Assembly: GCA_035221665.1 (NCBI GenBank)
Contig: CM069151.1
Location: forward strand, 20,708,001 to 20,772,000
DNA length: 64,000 nucleotides
Direction: 5' to 3'
DNA from: Okamejei kenojei
Taxonomy: Eukaryota
The notes below the pieces were generated by a model. It saw only the letters and a program-made list of their open reading frames with translations. It was not told the DNA's origin and did not search any database. A program made the translations under genes and the position numbers. Positions 60,879 to 64,000 of this stretch are shown in pieces (within the stretch, counting starts at the first letter, position 1; every line of letters starts with the position of its first letter).

Positions 60879-61689
60879 CTTACCATTGTGGAATGTCATT
60901 TGCCAAATATTTGCCCATTCTGCAGATTAATTACTTTGTTAATTTGTCTTCTTCGGCATTCCAGCCCATCTTCAAAATAAATATGCTTGTATTGACAAAT
61001 TTTGAAATTTAAATTGAGGATCAATTAAATATCTTATTACGTGGTGCAGCAGCCTCAAGGGTAGCTGTTTTAATTCTGCTTCTGTTTCTTATATTCTGCA
61101 CATAACAGTTTAGATGATCACCTGATTGAATATCGCATTCCATCTTCCAGCACGACCCTGAACATGCAGCTGAATATGTTTATTCCCCGCACATCCCTTT
61201 ATTTACAGCCACCCACACCATTCTTTTGAAGCTTGACAGAACCTTGAGACACAGCACCTCATATCTCAGTTGGCTCCTTGCAGCTTTCTAAGTATTGCAC
61301 AATTTCAGATCACGGCTCTATTCTCAGGCAGCAAATGGTAATAAAGATTCTGCCGTATTTTGATCGGCACTGTAATCTTTACTTGTTGCATTACAATTTT
61401 TTTTTTTTATTTAATATAAACTTTACACCCCTTTGGCCATTTGAAATTACATATTTCTCTGCTGACCCCTTTTGTTTTTGCTGCTTTTCCCGTCCCCAAC
61501 CATAAACCAAATTTCCCTGTTCTGCGCCTCCTGCTACATTTGACATTTTCCAGCTTTCTAGTTTGAGGTTGCAGTGGTGAAAGAACAAAGTAAAGCCCTA
61601 CCAACTTGGTCCTTACAAATATACATTGGGAATTGGCTTAATCCAGTTCTTAAAATATCAGAATAAAACAATATTAAGGTAAATTGTAT

Positions 61690-62160
61690 GAAAATGCATT
61701 AGCAAAACAACAAATCTCACACCCTTCTAGTCATTAAGTCTTCACTGATTTGAGCACCAGTCAATAGCAACAAGTCTCACGACCCTCTGTCCAAAGGAGA
61801 CTCCATCCTGGTCTAGGGAACTCTAAGATCCTGGCACCATTCCAGAAGTCTCTCTCCGCCCCTGCATCCTCCGAAGGTGGAGTCTACCCTAACGTACAAA
61901 TCGCAGTGGGCCATGTTTTCAAAACTATCTATTCTTCTTGGTACTGAAAACGAGGGTTATTTATCACATCCGGCATCAAGTTTGTCTCGAATGCCTCTGG
62001 GAAAGAAAAGTTGATCTTATCTTCTTGCTCGACATCCTTGTAGGTGGCCCTATGGTTACTGGTTCTTTCAAGTGAGCCAAAGCATTTTCCCAAGCAACCA
62101 ATTCATTTTCTAACCAAGCCTACTTGACATGTGGTGCTTCTCATAGACAATTCCATCTTG
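61690..62160 (-). mobile_element. Possible heavily decayed L1-clade ORF2 C-terminal fragment
   Basis: Frameshifted peptides VAWENALAHLK, SFPEAFETNLMPDVINNPRFQYQ and EWCQDL..GWSLLW loosely follow the order of L1 post-RT motifs (SFxxL..FFxYLQ, WExDL..W). Confidence 0.3.
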
Positions 62161-62179
62161 GCTGAAACGTCAATATCAG

Positions 62180-63075
62180 AGCGGAATTTGGCCAATCAGC
62201 CCATTGAGTGCTCTGCCATTCGATCATGGATGATCTATCTCTCCCTCTCAAATCTGCCTTCTTCCCGTAACCTTTGATGCCCTTACTAATCAAGAATTTA
62301 TTAATATTCACCTAAAATTACCCAGTGACTTGGACTTCAACGCCATCTGTGGCAATAAATTCACTGGCTAAAAAAAAAAATCCTCCTCATTCTAAAGGTA
62401 GGTTGTTTTATTCTGAGGCTGTACTCTCTGGGCCTGGACTCTCCCAACACTGTAAACATCCTCTCCACATCTACTCTAACTAGGCCTTTCATTATTTTGG
62501 TTGCTTTCAATGAGATTCCTTCTCCTTCCAATCTCTATCAAGCACAGGACCAGATCCATCAAATACTCCTCATACCAATCATCCCCGGGATTATTCTTAT
62601 AACCCTCCTCTGGACTCTTTCCAACGCCAGCACATCCTTCCTCAGATATGGGGACCAAAACTGCTCACAATATTCCCAATGTTGTCTGACCAATGCCTTA
62701 AATTCTCAGCATTACATCCTTGCTTTTATATTCTGGTCTTCTCAAAATTAATACTAACATTGACTTTACCTTCCCTGCAACTGACTCAGCCTCTAAATTA
62801 ACCTTATGGGAATCCTGCACCAGCACTCCCAAGCCCCTTTACACCTCCAATTTCTGAACCCTCTTCTCATTTAGAAAATATTGTACGCCTTTATTCCTTC
62901 TACCAAACTGTATGGCTGTACAGCATGCTACACTGTATTCCATTTGCCCCTTCTGTACCCACTCTCCCAACCTGTCTGCCCTTCTACAGGCTCTGTTTCG
63001 TCAACACAAGCTGCCCCTCCAACTATCTTCATATTATCTGCAAACTTGGCCACAAAGCCATCAATTCCAGTTTGT
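62180..63075 (-). mobile_element. CR1/HER1 LINE RT and 3' end
   Basis: The reverse strand gives VAKFAD, WAEGANGIQC.S-like, W(S/V)PYLRKDVLALERVQRR and the HER1 tail at 62185-62260. Confidence 0.9.
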
Positions 63076-63784
63076 GAGGGTAATGTGTCAACCATGTACC
63101 AATGAGTTTATCTATCTTTGTACCACTGTGTGAAATACAGCCATTAACTTAAAAGCCCACTACAACTAGCCCCCAAGAGTATCAACAGCAGCAAAACATG
63201 TTCTACCACATTCTGCAAACTCATGGCTCACCTTGTTAACCATTTGAAAGGAGTCCTATTTATTTACTGAGCCTTGTAGCAGGTCTTGCTAAAAGCAGTA
63301 CGAAGTATCATACAAAATGATAAGATTACAATGCGGATCTGCGTGCAAGTTGTATCTGCCTGCTGCAACCAATTTCAGACCCAATAGAACTGATCAATAC
63401 TTCGCCGTGTTGCGCAACCTTTCATGAATGGGGCAGGCCACCTAAACTGTTTACAAGCAATGCTCCCTGATAGTAGAGTCCAAGGATGAATCCTCCATAA
63501 CTATTTACAGGCAGAAAACTGAAGTGACCTTCTCTGGCATTTCTCGCCATCATCATGATGACAGGAAACAGCCAAGTAGGCTGAATACAACAAGGGGTTT
63601 GGGTATCAATTTCAGGTGACAAGAAACAGCATTGGAAAATATAAACGGAAATTGGTGGAAACATTCAGCAGGTTAAGTATTTACAGCAGATGCATTTGTA
63701 TTTAGTTTTTGTGCCTCAAACAAACTTGTTCTGGTGAAGTTATAACCCTGGCAATCATCCAGCAGAACTATATTCTACATAGTC

Positions 63785-63942
63785 AAGATAGGCAAAAAAT
63801 GCCGGAGTAACTCAGCGGGTCAGTAGTATTTCTGGAGAAAACCAATAGGTGATGTTTCAAGGCGAGACCCTTCTTCAGACCAAGAGTAATGACCGAGACT
63901 ATCTTCAGTGTAAACCAGCATCTACAGTTCCTTCCTACACAT
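63785..63942. mobile_element. Penelope-derived repeat with an inverted terminal piece
   Basis: aaaatgccggagtaactcagcgggtc...ggtgatgtttcaaggcgagacccttcttcagac, then ctatcttcagtgtaaaccagcatctacagttccttcctacac; flanks ttctacatagtcaa / ttctacagtcaa. Confidence 0.8.
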
Positions 63943-64000
63943 ATGTTCTACAGTCAATGATATTCACCATTTTAACAACCTTCCCATCATCAGAGTGAGG

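Overview
AT-rich eukaryotic non-coding DNA with a dense repeat content. The repeat types (HE1-type V-SINEs, HER1/CR1 LINE tails, Deu-domain SINEs, abundant Penelope-derived units) point to a cartilaginous fish, most likely a skate or ray; this is inferred from recalled family consensuses, not a database search. I found no intact protein-coding gene, and the ORF track is chance ORFs or decayed transposon ORFs. Best-supported elements: a full-length but inactivated IR/DR-type Tc1 transposon (41684-43325), three related MITEs with GGGCCTGTCCCAC-type termini, Rex1/Babar, CR1, RTE and Penelope (GIY-YIG) fragments, about 12 HE1 SINEs and a probable solo LTR inside one SINE. The most interesting signal is a short Penelope-derived repeat family, often with 8-15 bp target-site duplications, carrying a minimal hammerhead-ribozyme core (CUGAAGA-A-GGGUCUCGACCC-GAAACGUC) in about 15 copies, one with an intact core at 47417-47444. 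Several isolated small exon candidates with good splice signals, including a 16-nt microexon at 17730-17745 (-), suggest part of the window may be intronic, but I could not identify the gene. Element boundaries were read by eye and are approximate.
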